This document shows positions 50,625 to 62,649 of a DNA stretch of 64,000 nt, piece after piece. The position numbers and the translations under genes are program-made. The stretch comes from the human T2T-CHM13v2.0 reference genome, Homo sapiens, in assembly GCF_009914755.1 (NCBI RefSeq), contig NC_060935.1. The stretch is one strand, 5' to 3'. The notes below the pieces were generated by a model. The model did not search any database and had not been told where the DNA came from. It saw only the letters and a program-made list of their open reading frames with translations. Numbering within the stretch: position 1 is the first letter of the stretch; the number at the start of each line of letters is the position of its first letter.

Positions 50625-51676
50625 TAATTAAGAAAACAAAATCTTCTCTCAACCTAGAAAACCTCTCCTCAAAGGTAGTAGAGACAGAAAACAGTTTTAT
50701 TATTGAGTAAGCATTAAACCAGGATGTGATATACATCACAGGCAATCCACTGAGAGATTGCAGAGACAGAATGCAAAATGCAATCTCAACTCCTATATAG
50801 CCAGATAGATACAATCCACTGCATACATGTTTTCAAGATAAACAGAAACTAGTCCTCAAGGAAGAGGGCCCGAAAACTTCAACCTAAAAAGAAATGCAGA
50901 AAGACAGGCTCTCCAGAACAAATGAGTTTATTTGGGAATAGCAGAAGATTGCAATCTGGGATATGTGTGTTATAACAGACCACAGGCATATCCAGAGGAG
51001 TCAGGGCAAAGGGGAGTCTTAAAGACACAGAGAAGTCCACACAAGCCGCTTTGAAACAAAGATCACAGGTCACAAGCTTGTCGTAGGAGCCAGCCTTTGT
51101 TCATCAGCCATTGCAAGGTGAGTGTCCTTGTGTGAGTGGCTTAGCTGGAACACTGCAATCTTGAGGAAGTTCTTGTGATAGTCCTGTTACAGGGATGTGT
51201 GTGTGACGGCTTCCTTATGGCCTCCCTCATCTCCGTTTGGTTAAGCGTTTGACATAGGTGACTCCATTTCGGTACTGGCAACTTTTACAACATCCCCATT
51301 TGTAACACATAGCTCGTCCTAACTTCACCTGGTAATTAGGGTGACCATCTGTTAGCTTATTGGCTTTATCCAGAGGAAAAACAAGTTTTGCAAATAGAAG
51401 CAGGAGACCCACCAAAGTTAGGCTCTTACTCTCTCACAAGAACTGGGAGAGAGGGGACACTCTCTCCTCCAATGTTAGGATTTCAAAAAATGGCTACCAG
51501 GTAACTTGAACCATGACTGGCAAGAGGCTTATTTCACCATTATAAAGATTTATGTATGTTTGAAAAGGACCTAGAAAGAAATTCTGATATGAAAAGAAAG
51601 AGGGGGAGAAGTCTCTTCTCTTATTTTCAGCAGGGAGAATTAAGTTTCTTATTTTAAACTTGTATTCGCCCTTCCA
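50625..51676 (-). mobile_element. ERV1 LTR (MER67-like), interrupted by a MER31-like LTR
   Basis: AAAACAAAATCTTCTCTCAACCTAGAAAACCTCTCC...CTAGTCCTCAAG, resuming at CCATTTGTAACACATAG...GGGAGAATTAAG...TTGTATTCGCCCTT. Subfamily from memory. Confidence 0.7.
50876..51289 (-). mobile_element. MER31-like ERV1 LTR nested in the above
   Basis: TCAACCTAAA...GGCTCTCC...GAGTTTATTTGGGAATAGC...GTGACTCCATTTCGGTACTGGCAACTTTTACA. Confidence 0.7.
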
Positions 51677-51719
51677 GGACCAATAGGGTTAGAAGTAGTT
51701 GAGCCTCCGTGGGGAAAGG

Positions 51720-51920
51720 ACTGCTAGTAATATTCAGACCTGAGTTCAGATTCTAACCCTGCCTGGGCTAGCTGGGTGGACAAGTCAACCCTCCTCGAGT
51801 TGGTTTCCTCATCTTTGAAATAGGGATTATAATTTCTACCTCACATGGTCCCGAGGAATAAATAAGATCATATTTTAAAGTCATATGGAAGCAGCAGGCA
51901 CTCTAAAATATTCATTCTTG
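51720..51920 (+). mobile_element. MIR
   Basis: AGACCTGAGTTCAGATTCTAACCCTGCC...GTTTCCTCATCTTTGAAATAGGGATTATAAT. Confidence 0.7.
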
Positions 51921-51940
51921 AAATTAAATTGTGTAACATC

Positions 51941-52257
51941 GGCCAAGCACAGTGGCTCAGTGCCTGTAATCCCAGCACTTTGGGAGGCCGAGGCGAGTGG
52001 ATCACTTGAGCTCACTGGTTTGAGACCAGCCTAGGCAACATGGTGTAACCCCATCTCTACAAAAATAATAATAATGATGATAATACAAGAAAATTAGCCA
52101 GGCATGGTGGTGACACGTGCCTGTAGTCCCAGCTACTCAGAAGGCTGAGGTGGGAGGTTGGCTTGAACCCGGGAGTCAGAAGTTGCAGTGAGCCGAGATC
52201 ATGCTACTGCACTCCAGCCTGGGCGATAAAGCCAGACTTTGTCTTAAAAAAAAGAAA
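51941..52257 (+). mobile_element. AluJ/early AluS
   Basis: Full dimer. TSD AAA(T/A)TGTGTA(A/G)CATC on both sides. Confidence 0.93.
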
Positions 52258-55200
52258 ATGTGTAGCATCATAAGGGTTGGAACAGTCAGCTGGAGAGTAG
52301 TTCACTAAATCCCAAAACATTGACGCTAAGGGAGTCCTTCACAGCCTACATCAAATGGTCACAGGACAGGTCAGAGGGAAATGCTCCTCTGGGCAGCTGG
52401 TACAGGGAGCTTATTTCCCTAAGAAGTATCACAGTCAGAAAACATAACGAGGTAATGGAATGGTTTAGGACACTCATGAATGAGTCTGAATGGGCTGTTA
52501 AGGGGGAGGCAGGTGTTCAGCATGACCCTAACTCGGAGGTTGTGAGCTCTAGGATAAAGCCTTTCCCATTAGATGGCCTTGGAAAGACTGCCACAGGCGA
52601 GCTCTGGCCAGACAGATGAGTCACAGGTTTGGAATTGGGGGATAATTCTTCTATTTCTGTACACCACATCCCACAGGACCGCCCCCCATCCCCCCGCCCC
52701 CAGATGACAGACCGAATTTGCAGTGGTACCATTTCTACTGCTCCCCTGCCATTTCTGCTAAAAGAACAGACTTGGGTGTCCCCTATGCCCACCACAGGAT
52801 GGCTACCCACCTGTGCTCTAGAAAGGCCACTTCTCTTGAGCTGGGGGAAGGAGGGCACAAAGGCCTCCGGTCCCCAGGCAGTAACACCACAGACAGCCTC
52901 TGCACTTTCCAGGCCACCTCGCCCTGCCTCCGTGGGATGCTTTCCTGTTGCCACAGCAACTGGATTCCCAGGGAACCTGTGGGCCCAGGCCACCATCTTG
53001 GGGAGTTCCTAATGATATGTTCTGAAAATTACAACATTTCAACCCAGGTCCCGTCGCGCAGCCCCACACTGGGGCTACTAAGCTAGAGAGAGAGGGTGTC
53101 CTGTGGTGAAACTGCATTTTCTGGTGCTTGCCTATTTGGGGCTGGGAGAGGTTGAGAGGAGAACTAGGCCATGGTTTCTAAGGTGTTCCCAGCTGGCTTG
53201 GCCAGGTCATCCCACCGTGGCCAGCACCCGCAGCGTCTGGAGGCTGGGAGGAGGAGCGCTCCCCTGTGATCCCTCCCATCTTCCCACTGCGCTTACCTCC
53301 CGGCCTCTCTCAGTTTCAGAAAGTGGCTTGCACAGGCCCAGTCAAGCACATTGGGTGGTAGAATGTGGTGCAAGGGAGGGTGGCTGGGGAACAAGCGGAG
53401 GGGCAGCAGGAAGTGGTGGGCTTTCATCTGGGGTGGCTAGGGGTGAGGGGGTCTGCTGGAGCAGACGGCAGGACCAGGGCAGGGCCATCAGGGGGCAGAA
53501 CCAACAGGGAGGGCTAGAGCAGAGCTCAGCCCGGCGCTGGCGCTGAGGATGATTGAACTGGGCGTCGGGAGGGATTGAAGCTGGAGACAAAGGATTTGCT
53601 GCAGAACCCAGAGCCCTGATGGAGCACGGGGGACGCGTTGATGCAGGAGATAGAGGCTGCGGCCCCCGGGGGCGGAGGCAGAGGGGTGATTTAGCGCCTT
53701 GGAAGACAGGACAGGCAGGACCTGTGCTTCGGCACAGAGCCGCAGGCCGCTCCCATCCATCCCCGGCTGAAGGCTGCAGTGACAGAGGAGGTCCGGAGGA
53801 GGGAGGGATGGGAGGGAGACGTGGCAGCCAAGGGGAGAAGCACGAAGCTGGCTCCGGAATGCAGCCTGCAAGCACATTTTGCCTGCAACACTCAAACAAA
53901 TTCCAGGGCAGCTTTTCTGGGGAAAGGGAAGCGAGGTTCAAAGAGAACATAATGAATTGGCTGAAATAAATAGCTAATTAGTTCCTCATAGCTTAGGAGG
54001 TTCACAGAAGAGGTCGCTGTGCACTGCAGTGGGCGGCAGCCACCCCTGCCTCACTGGACACAGGGCTCAGCTGGAGCTGAGGGGGGTCCTGAAGCCAGTG
54101 GCCTTAGACAGCAGCCCACCCAGACGCTTCTCCTTAGTGTCCCGGCAGCCCGCAGCAACCATGGCTGGGAAGCCTGATGGAGTCGGGAGAAGTGGGCATG
54201 TGGAGACAGGACCTGGGGGGTTCACTCCAGGCTCTTCAGCTGCCACCTTAGACACCTGGAATGCCTTCTCAGATCCCCGTTTTCTGAACTAAAAACTAAC
54301 ACCTGCCCTGTCTGCTCCCAGGGTTTTTGTAAGAATCAAATGAGGAACAGTTATGGCCCAAATGCTGGCGGTTATCCTCTATTAGACACAAGCGTCATGA
54401 AGGAAGGGGGTAAGCTTGCTCCCTTTGGGACCCCCTGCATTTAACATAATGCCTGGCACAAATATTTGTTGGGTCTTGTTGAGTAAACATGGAGTTTTCA
54501 CTGCCTTGGTGGTCCCTTTAGTCATCCATACACAGATGGAGCCCAGGAAACTTGGAGGCTCAACCTAGGGATATTCAGGTGTGACCCTGCCCTAAAGCCA
54601 ACCCCCAAGTGATGTTTGGATCAACTGTAGTTTGGAAACATTGCCCCGAAAGACAAAGAATGGGAGTTATGTAAAGTTTCATGGAGGGGGTAGTCCGGGA
54701 CCCCTGTAACGGGAGTGCAGCTGAGCCCCTCCCCAGGGAGGGATTAGCCTTCCCATCCCTCTTGAGTTTTCTGAGTCAGAGGCAGAGACGAGGAGGGCCA
54801 GGGTCCTCCGTATGCTATTCAGTCTGATATTTGGAGGCCCAGAGCATATCAGTCTTCTTAAACTGCAGACACATTCTACACTAATTATAATTTGGATACA
54901 ACTAGGAGTTAAGTGGCTGTTGACTAGTTGGCATGTTTTGTAGACCTGTAATCATTTATTAATTTTGATTTTGCAGTTCCCTTTTTGCATCTTGGAGCCA
55001 ATCGATTCTTTTTTCAGGTATCCAGCAGTTCTGGAGGCCCTTGAAAGTTCACAGGACACAGGTACCAGGCCCACTGTCAGACAAAAAAGCAGCCAGGGAG
55101 AGAAAGGGGGGTGTGGCACCAGGATACCCCGTGCTCTCCTAGAGATGGGAGAAGCCACTGGGCCTGTGGCTGCTTTAACACTTTCCCAAGAAAGAGGAGA

Positions 55201-55574
55201 CGTATGTTCTTGTTCCCAGAAACAGCCACCAGATGCTGTATGAGCCTGGACAAGCTGTGTGACTTGTCTGCGCTTCTGCTTTCCTCTTAGAACAAGGCTT
55301 GGGAAACAGGGCTGGAGGCTGCAGGGGAAAGAGGGTTACCGAGCATTCTCTCCCCTAAGCTGGAAGATGTGACTGAGAGCATTCATGGGTGGATTGGGAC
55401 CGTGTGGTCTGGACACCTGGAGCAGGGCAGAGGGCATGTTTGTTTCCCTCTAGAAGGCAGAGACCCTCTGCCATGCGGAGGGAGCTGGCTCTCCCTCTGA
55501 AGTCCCTGCAAAGCAAGAAGGGGCCCAGTCAGACCCGAGTCTCATCACCCCAGCTCCCTGCCTGCCATAGACCG

Positions 55575-55762
55575 AGTGTGTGTCTTCCCACAGAATTCAT
55601 CTGTTGAAGCTCCAAGCCCCAGTATGATTGCATTTGGAGACAGGGCCTTTAAGGAGGTAAATAAGCTTATATGAGGTCATGAGAGTAGGACCCTGATCCA
55701 ATAGGATTAGCGTCCTTATGAGAAGAGACAGAAGCTGTCTTTCTCCCTCTCCCTCTCTCCCA
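55575..55762 (+). mobile_element. MLT1A-type LTR, 5' half
   Basis: GAATTCATCTGTTGAAGCTCC...ATTTGGAGACAGGGCCTTTAAGGAGGTAA...CCCTGATCCAATAGGATTAGCGTCCTTATGAGAAGAGAC. Confidence 0.8.
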
Positions 55763-56380
55763 CCGCTTCTGCCACCAAACCCATTCTGCAATTCTCCAGC
55801 ACAAATGGGTGTCCTACAATTCAGTCCTGTCCAGACACGAACTGCCCAGAGTTCACATGAGACTCCACCGCTTTCAGCCTCAGTCCCACAAGTCTGCCTT
55901 CCCTTCGGATGCCAGTCACTAGTCCCAGGGACCACCCATACTTCTGACCCACCCACCACCAGTCAGGGGTTCTCAGGGTCCCCTCTGGAGTTCAGTAATT
56001 AGTTCATACCGAATCACCAAGCATATACCAGTTTATTATAAAGGGTACAACTCAGGTGCAACCAAATGGAAGAGACGTGTAGGGCAAGGTACACAGGGTG
56101 GGGGGTAGGGAGGAGCAGAGTTTCCACACCCTCTTGAGTTGAGACATGTCACCTTTCCAGAACCTCAACCTGTTCACCCACCTGCAAGCTCTCCAAACTC
56201 TGTGGCTTAGGGATTTTTATGAAAGTTTAATTTCATAAGCATGATCGAGTGAATCATTGGCCATTGGTAACTGAACTCACTCTTCAGAGTCACCTCATTA
56301 ACACTCCAGAGACTTTTATCACTCAGTAGATTCCAAGGGTTTTAGGAGGTCTTTACCAGATCCCCCCAATGCAAACCAAC
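55763..56380. mobile_element. MER21-like LTR
   Basis: GGGTGTCCTACAATTCA...CTCAGTCCCACAAG...CCAGTTTATTATAAAGG...AAATGGAAGAGACGTGTAGGGCAAGGTA...ATCATTGGCCATTGGT...ATTCCAAGGGTTTTAGGAG. Confidence 0.75.
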
Positions 56381-57519
56381 AGTGTGCCCCCCGACCCCCT
56401 ACTGATTCCTCCCCACAAAGGCCATGGTCTTCCTTTGAGGGGAATGTTTTCTAGACCAGCATCATCCTGTACATCACATTGGTAATCAGGCCCTAAGAGG
56501 AAGACTGGAGAAATGGAAAGGAAGACAAAGTTACTCTCGCTATTGCTTTGAAGCCATGCACTGGGGATCTAAGTATCTACCTCCCGCTCCATTTTGCAGG
56601 CTGAATCCTCACATCTGGGGAGCAGGACCCAGCCCCTTTTTGGTAAATAAAGTGACGAGTCTCCTTTCTTCCAAGTGCTCACATGGCCTGGGCTTGGTTG
56701 ATTCATGACTGTGACTTTTCTTCCTCCTTCTCTCACCCAAACATGCAAATACCCCACTGCCTGGAGGCTGGAGCGGCTAGAACAAGCTGCTGGGAGTGTG
56801 TGGACAGAGAGATGAAAACAAACCTGGCTCTTGATGATGTTTCTCCCTGGATTTTATAAGCCAGTGCCATTTCTCAGTGAAGTCAAATCCATGCGGTCCT
56901 CATTCATTTACACACTGGGCAAGGGTTTGCGCAGAAGAGAGATGGAGACCCCAAGGGCCCCCTTTAGTTGATTTAACAAATCCCTTTCAAGCTTTAATTT
57001 TTTTTTATTAGGAAGCAGAAGTTGCCTGTTCCCAAACCACACATGTACGCACAGATACATAGGCATAACCCCCACTCCTTTCAAATTCTAATCTCTCCAA
57101 ACCCAAAGACGGGAATATCCCCATGAACCAAGCTTTAGAGGGCACATTTTTCCTCTTCTCCATTTAGCATCTGCTGGGAAATGGAAGGGAACCTGGGAAG
57201 AACTTGCAATAACTGGGAAGAAGCAGACGAAGTGCCACTCCTGCCTGATGATGCCAGCAGCCCTGCAGGGTCCTCCTTTATCCACTCAGCCCCACACCAA
57301 GAAGAATTTCAGAAGGCCAGTGGTGGCTCCAGATACACAGCTCGGGCCTGGATTTAATTTGTTTTGGTGAAAGGACCCTGGACTAAGAACAAGGACACGA
57401 AGAGGATGGGGCAGCCCTGAGACAGGTTTCTCATCCTCTCTCTGCTGGGCAGGACCTTCCAGAGGCATCCAGGGCAGCTCTCCACCCCCAATGCCAGATG
57501 CAGTATCAGGTGCACAGAG

Positions 57520-57880
57520 CACCAGAATAGGAGTCCAGAGACCTCAGCTGTGGGCCCAGCTCCTCAGTTGGTGCTATGTGACCTTGGTCAATTCACTGGA
57601 TGACTGAGCCTATTTTCTTCCTCTGTGAAAATGAGTGTAGTGAAACGTGACTGCCTGCCAGAAACAGATGAGGAGGGGTGTGAAAATGCCTTGCCAAGTC
57701 CTTTGGAAAGGTGAGCTATTAGGGGTACTTATCTTAGACGATGTTTCTGGCAATCTTATTTATAAATCTTTTCAGGGCAAAGGATCCTGTAGCTCCCCCA
57801 GTAACAGCTGCCCTTGTCTCATAACTGTTTGGGAAGTCCTTCCCAGTATCCAACCTGAATTGTTTCTGAAACAACTTGTC
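57520..57880. mobile_element. MIR plus L3/CR1 fragments
   Basis: CTATGTGACCTTGGTCAATTCAC...CTGAGCCTATTTTCTTCCTCTGTGAAAATG (MIR); ACTGTTTGGGAAGTCCTTCCCAGTATCCAACCTGAA (L3). Confidence 0.55.
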
Positions 57881-59907
57881 CTGCATGTCGGAAGTGAACC
57901 TGAGTGTGTGTGAGACAGTTGAATTGTTCTTGGTGTGTTGCGTGTGTGCACACACACTCTGTGCACACCCCACTGTAGGAGAATGTTCTTGGTGAGGAAG
58001 AGGAAGGTCAGTGTGGGAGATTCTCACATCTGAGGCCTGGACCTGCAGAACTTTGAGCAGTGCACCACTGCCACTGCCCAACAAGTCACAGTAAGGTGGG
58101 AGTGCTGGGAGGGTGTCCCCCTTACCTCATAAGAAGAAAGCAATCTGAGCAGCTTTGACTGTTTTTCAAATCAATGGGTATGAAAATCCACCCAGAACTC
58201 GGGTTATGAAATGTGTCATTTTCATGTGTGAAATTTGCACCCGCTGACCTCATATCCTCCCTGAAAATGGGGGACTTTCTCACCTCCTACCTCGAATTTA
58301 ATCTGCGTCTGATATGCTGGCAGACCTCAGACCCATCTGCATCTCTTGGAGCTGTTTCTTTCCACTTCGGAGTAAATGATGGTTCCAAGGAGCTAGGCTG
58401 ATGGGAACAACGCCCACACCGTGTGGATGCCTCTCTTCTCTCTCGCCTTTTTGGGGCCTCGTCTAGCAAACACGGAGGCTCCAGCGCCACAGAGATTTGC
58501 AGTCTGTCTCTGTCTGCACCCACAATTCAATCACACAACCCTGAGTGGGCATAAAAGCTGATTTTCTGTCCTAATGACTCCCTTAACCGAGCTGACAGCT
58601 GCCATCCCTCAGGGACCTGTGGGTGAGAGTGCTGGAGACCAATGATCCCCTTGCTTCTCTGCCCCTCTGCCCCCTGCCCCACCTCCTGTGTGTCTTTGAG
58701 GCTGAGGTGCCTAGATGACCACTGTGTGAATGTGCCCAGAGCTGGCAAGAGGAGAGAGTGGGCTAAGAGACAGAAGGTGGGCTGCGTGCTCCCATAGGGC
58801 TCTCCCTCTCCTGCCAGCTCCATCTTGAGTCCATTAACCTCGCTCTGTGTGTGCTGTGTTAATGGGCTGGGAAGGACAGATCGCCCCTCTCGCCTGCTGA
58901 CAGGAGGGGGCTGCCACTTGTTGCCAACCTCAGAGGAGGCACAAGGTGCTTGGAGGGCAGGACCAGAGCCCAGGCAGGCCCTGGCTTATGGCCTGGCTTC
59001 CCCACTGCCTGTCAGAGGGAGGAAGCAGCTCCCCTGGGGTGACAAGATGGGCAGCTGGCAAGAAAATCCCTCATGCTCACTTTCCTCTCCATTGATCCTC
59101 AGATCTCCTCCTCAGCAGCTAAGGAGACTCAATAATGCACACTTCCTAAGTGCAGTAGAAGGACCTGTGAATAACAATCTCTTCTATTGGATTAACTCTT
59201 CCGCATCTGCTGTGTGGATCCCCTACCTCGCTGATGTGCTTGGAAGGCAGAGGAGGCTGCATGGTGAGGCCCTGCTGGAGCACAGGGAGAGGCCACTTGG
59301 CAGAGTGCAGCATCACAGCCATGGGCGCCTGAGACCCAACCCCACCAGTGCCTCCATGGCTGTACCATGTTCCCATGCTTCATCATGCTGTCTCTCAGGG
59401 TGGGACCAGGCATGGTCTTATTCACCAAGGCAGGATTCTAAACTCCTGTTTAGAACCCTATGACTGGCTGGACAGGGGGTGGGCACCTGAGCCATGGGCA
59501 GCCAACTCATAGGCTGACCAGAGGCCTGATAAATGACTCAGTGCAGGAGGCAATTCACTCAACTGCAGTTATTTGAGCCAATCAGGCTCTCTCTCAATGG
59601 AAACAGGAAATAATAAAGCAGCTGGTGGGAGTGAGAGAAGTGAACGGAGACTCCCTGACAGCAGATGAGTCCGGCTGGTGGCAGAGTCTGGAAGGAAGAG
59701 CCACAAACTCTGGCTGCTGTAAGACCTCAGAAAGCCATGCCCTGAGAGCTCCACTGGATCCTGACCTCCCCGCCTCACCCAGTCTCCCAGCCCGGGCCTC
59801 ATGAGGGCCTCCCCGTGCCGTAGCTCCTGATCTAGATGTTATCGTGAATATCCTTGCAATTAATCTCCATGTTCTGGCAGGCTCTGGATACGCTGGGGAA
59901 ACAGCAC

Positions 59908-60075
59908 AGGGGTTCATAAATTTGCCTGATTAAAAATCACATGGGCAATTTGTTAAACCTGCAGACTCCAGGGTCCCGTTTCAGACCATTGAATCAGAAT
60001 GCCCAGGATGGACTCCAAGATGTGCACTTAACAAACACCCAGGGTGAGTCTTATGGCGAACTTGGGAGACACTGG
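59908..60075. mobile_element. MER5-type DNA transposon
   Basis: CAGGGGTTCATAAATTTGCCTGATTAAAAATCACATGGG...TGAATCAGAAT...TTAACAAACACCCAGGGTGAGTCTTAT...TTGGGAGACACTG. Confidence 0.7.
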
Positions 60076-60378
60076 TTTATTCCCATCCCCCTTAATTCAT
60101 CCACATGAGTGTGCTGAATTGAATGTACAAACACCAAGTTGCTTAAAAAGAGAAAAAAAAATACCATTTTGGGGGCCAGCCAGGCAAAAAAAAAAAAAAG
60201 GATGTTGCACAAATTTCTCATCTCCTTCATCCTTTACCTGGCCCCCAGGCAGGCTTTTCTAACCGTTGGAGCAGTTTCCCTCTGGATGGATGTCACCAGG
60301 TGGATATGATGTCAGTGCCTTCTGGGGCCACTGCTGGACCAACAAGTTTAGTTGCAGAAACGAGGGAAGTCACACTTC

Positions 60379-60851
60379 TGTGGAAGAAATCTCTGGTTGT
60401 TCCCAAATATTCATTTTTCTCTCCTCTGTGGCAATAGAATTTTTAGCTGGACACATAACAGCCCAAAATAAAGAAAACACCTTCCTAGCCTCTCTTGCAG
60501 TTAGATGGGGCCATATGACTAAGTTGTGCCAAAGGGATGCCACATGGGATGTGAGCAAGATGTATACAAGTTACAAATCAGGGCTATGGAAAGGGGCATG
60601 CCCTCCTCTTCCCCTTCACCCTTCCCACTGGCCGGAATGCAGACCTGGTGGTAAGGCACCTTAAACCACTGAATAAGGCCAAATCCCAGGATGCCAGAGC
60701 AATAAGGTAGAAGGGACCTGGGTTCCTGTACCAGGGAGCAGCTGCACCAATCCTGTTATAGGAGAGAGACGTACATTTCTAGTTTGTAAAAGCCACTGTT
60801 GTTTTGGAGTTTATTATAGCATTACTGCAGTTGAAACTGTATCTTAACTAC
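60379..60851 (+). mobile_element. MLT1I/J-type LTR
   Basis: TGTGGAAGAAATCTCTGGTTGTTCCCAA...CCTTCCTAGCCTCTCTTGCAGTTAGATGGGGCCATATGACTAAGTT...AAGCCACTGTTGTTTTGG. Confidence 0.75.
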
Positions 60852-61611
60852 AGAGTCTTAGTGCAGTTTCCACCCAGGGAATGTGTTCACCACAGCCATC
60901 CCACTTCATGGCAAGGCTCAACCCAGGAGAAAGCTTCCTCCACGCCCTCCCACCCATCAGAGCAGAGTCTGTGCTTACTGGGTCCTTGTACTTAGAGCCA
61001 GGACACCAGAAGCAGGAGTCACCTCCCACTGGCATAGTCACTGGCATTCTAGCACATTCCACACTCAGAGTGGATTTTTTTATAAAACCCTTTCCTCTAT
61101 TCAACAAAATTATTTTCAGTAATAACCATGGAATGAAACAAATATTAATAATGGCCAGAAATGAAACACAAACAGTGGAAGTGTTCTTTTATTGAACCTC
61201 ATATATATAATCATTCCAATAAAAGATTAAAAAAATACTTTAGGTAAATAATTGTCTAGTAATTAATAAGTGAATTTTAATAAAACTCAAACATTTGCAA
61301 ATGGCACAATTTAGGCAAATACTAAATTGTGCCAATGATGTTATATTTTGTCTTTTTTTGGCTTCATTTTTTAGCTTTAAAATGATTAACAATTAAAACC
61401 TTTAAAAGAATAATACATTTTAATTTTAAAAACATGATTTTAAAGATATTATAGAGATAATATAAAGAAATAATAAAGATACTATTTTAAAGATATTTAA
61501 ACTAAGCCAAATATTAAGCAAAATATTTTATGTATGAACTGAAACTTGCAACTACCAAACAAAAATATTATACTCTATGGTTTCCACTTTGTTTTATTAT
61601 TTTATATTTCA

Positions 61612-61942
<331 letters not shown>

Positions 61943-62253
61943 TCAAAGTGGTCCCACAGAACGACAGAATTGACATTTGATGTAACTCAAGATTTGCTCC
62001 TTCTTGAAAATTAGCTGCTGCCATTGTTGATTGAGATTCCACTGTTTAAATGCAGAAATATGTAGTACCCCAAGAGTTAGGGACAAACTACACCTCAATA
62101 AAGCTCAACTCCAGATAATTATGAACTGACTCTTAAAACAATCACGTATAGGTAAGTCCATGTCTGTCAGAGGCCCTCCAAACAACTAGAAATTCTCTGA
62201 ATTAACTTCCACGTGCATATACTGTTTATTAAAGAATAAGTCATAAAAGTGTG

Positions 62254-62552
62254 GACCAGGCACAGTGGCTCACACCTGTAGTCCTAGTACTGGGAGACCG
62301 AGGCAGACGGATCACTTGAGCTCAGGAGTTCAAAGCCAGCCTGGGCAACATGGTGAAAGCCTGTTTCTATAAAAAATACCAAAAATTAGCCAAGCTTGGT
62401 GGTGTACTCTAGTCCCAGCTATTTAGGGGGCTTAGGCCGGAGGATCACATGAGCCCAGGAGGTTGAGGCTGCAGTGAGCCAAGATAGCACCATTGCACAC
62501 CAGCCTGGGTGACAAAGTGAGAACCTGTCTCAAAAAAAAAAAAAAAAAAAAA
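62254..62552 (+). mobile_element. AluJ
   Basis: J-type right arm (GAGGATCACATGAGCCCAGGAGGTTGAGGCTGCAGTGAGC). Perfect TSD TAAAAGTGTG (62244-62253, 62554-62563). Confidence 0.94.
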
Positions 62553-62591
62553 GTAAAAGTGTGCCAGTTTGAAGGTTATATATTTATATAT

Positions 62592-62649
62592 ATTATCAAT
62601 ACTCAATTGTAACTGTCGCAATTATCAATACTCAATTGTAACTGCTGCA
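62592..62649. repeat. 2 x 29-bp tandem duplication
   Basis: ATTATCAATACTCAATTGTAACTG(TC/CT)GCA at 62592-62620 and 62621-62649. Confidence 0.95.

Noticed and set aside
52320-53969. Cluster of 100-200 aa ORFs on both strands
   Set aside because: GC-rich low-complexity translations with no coherent gene structure.
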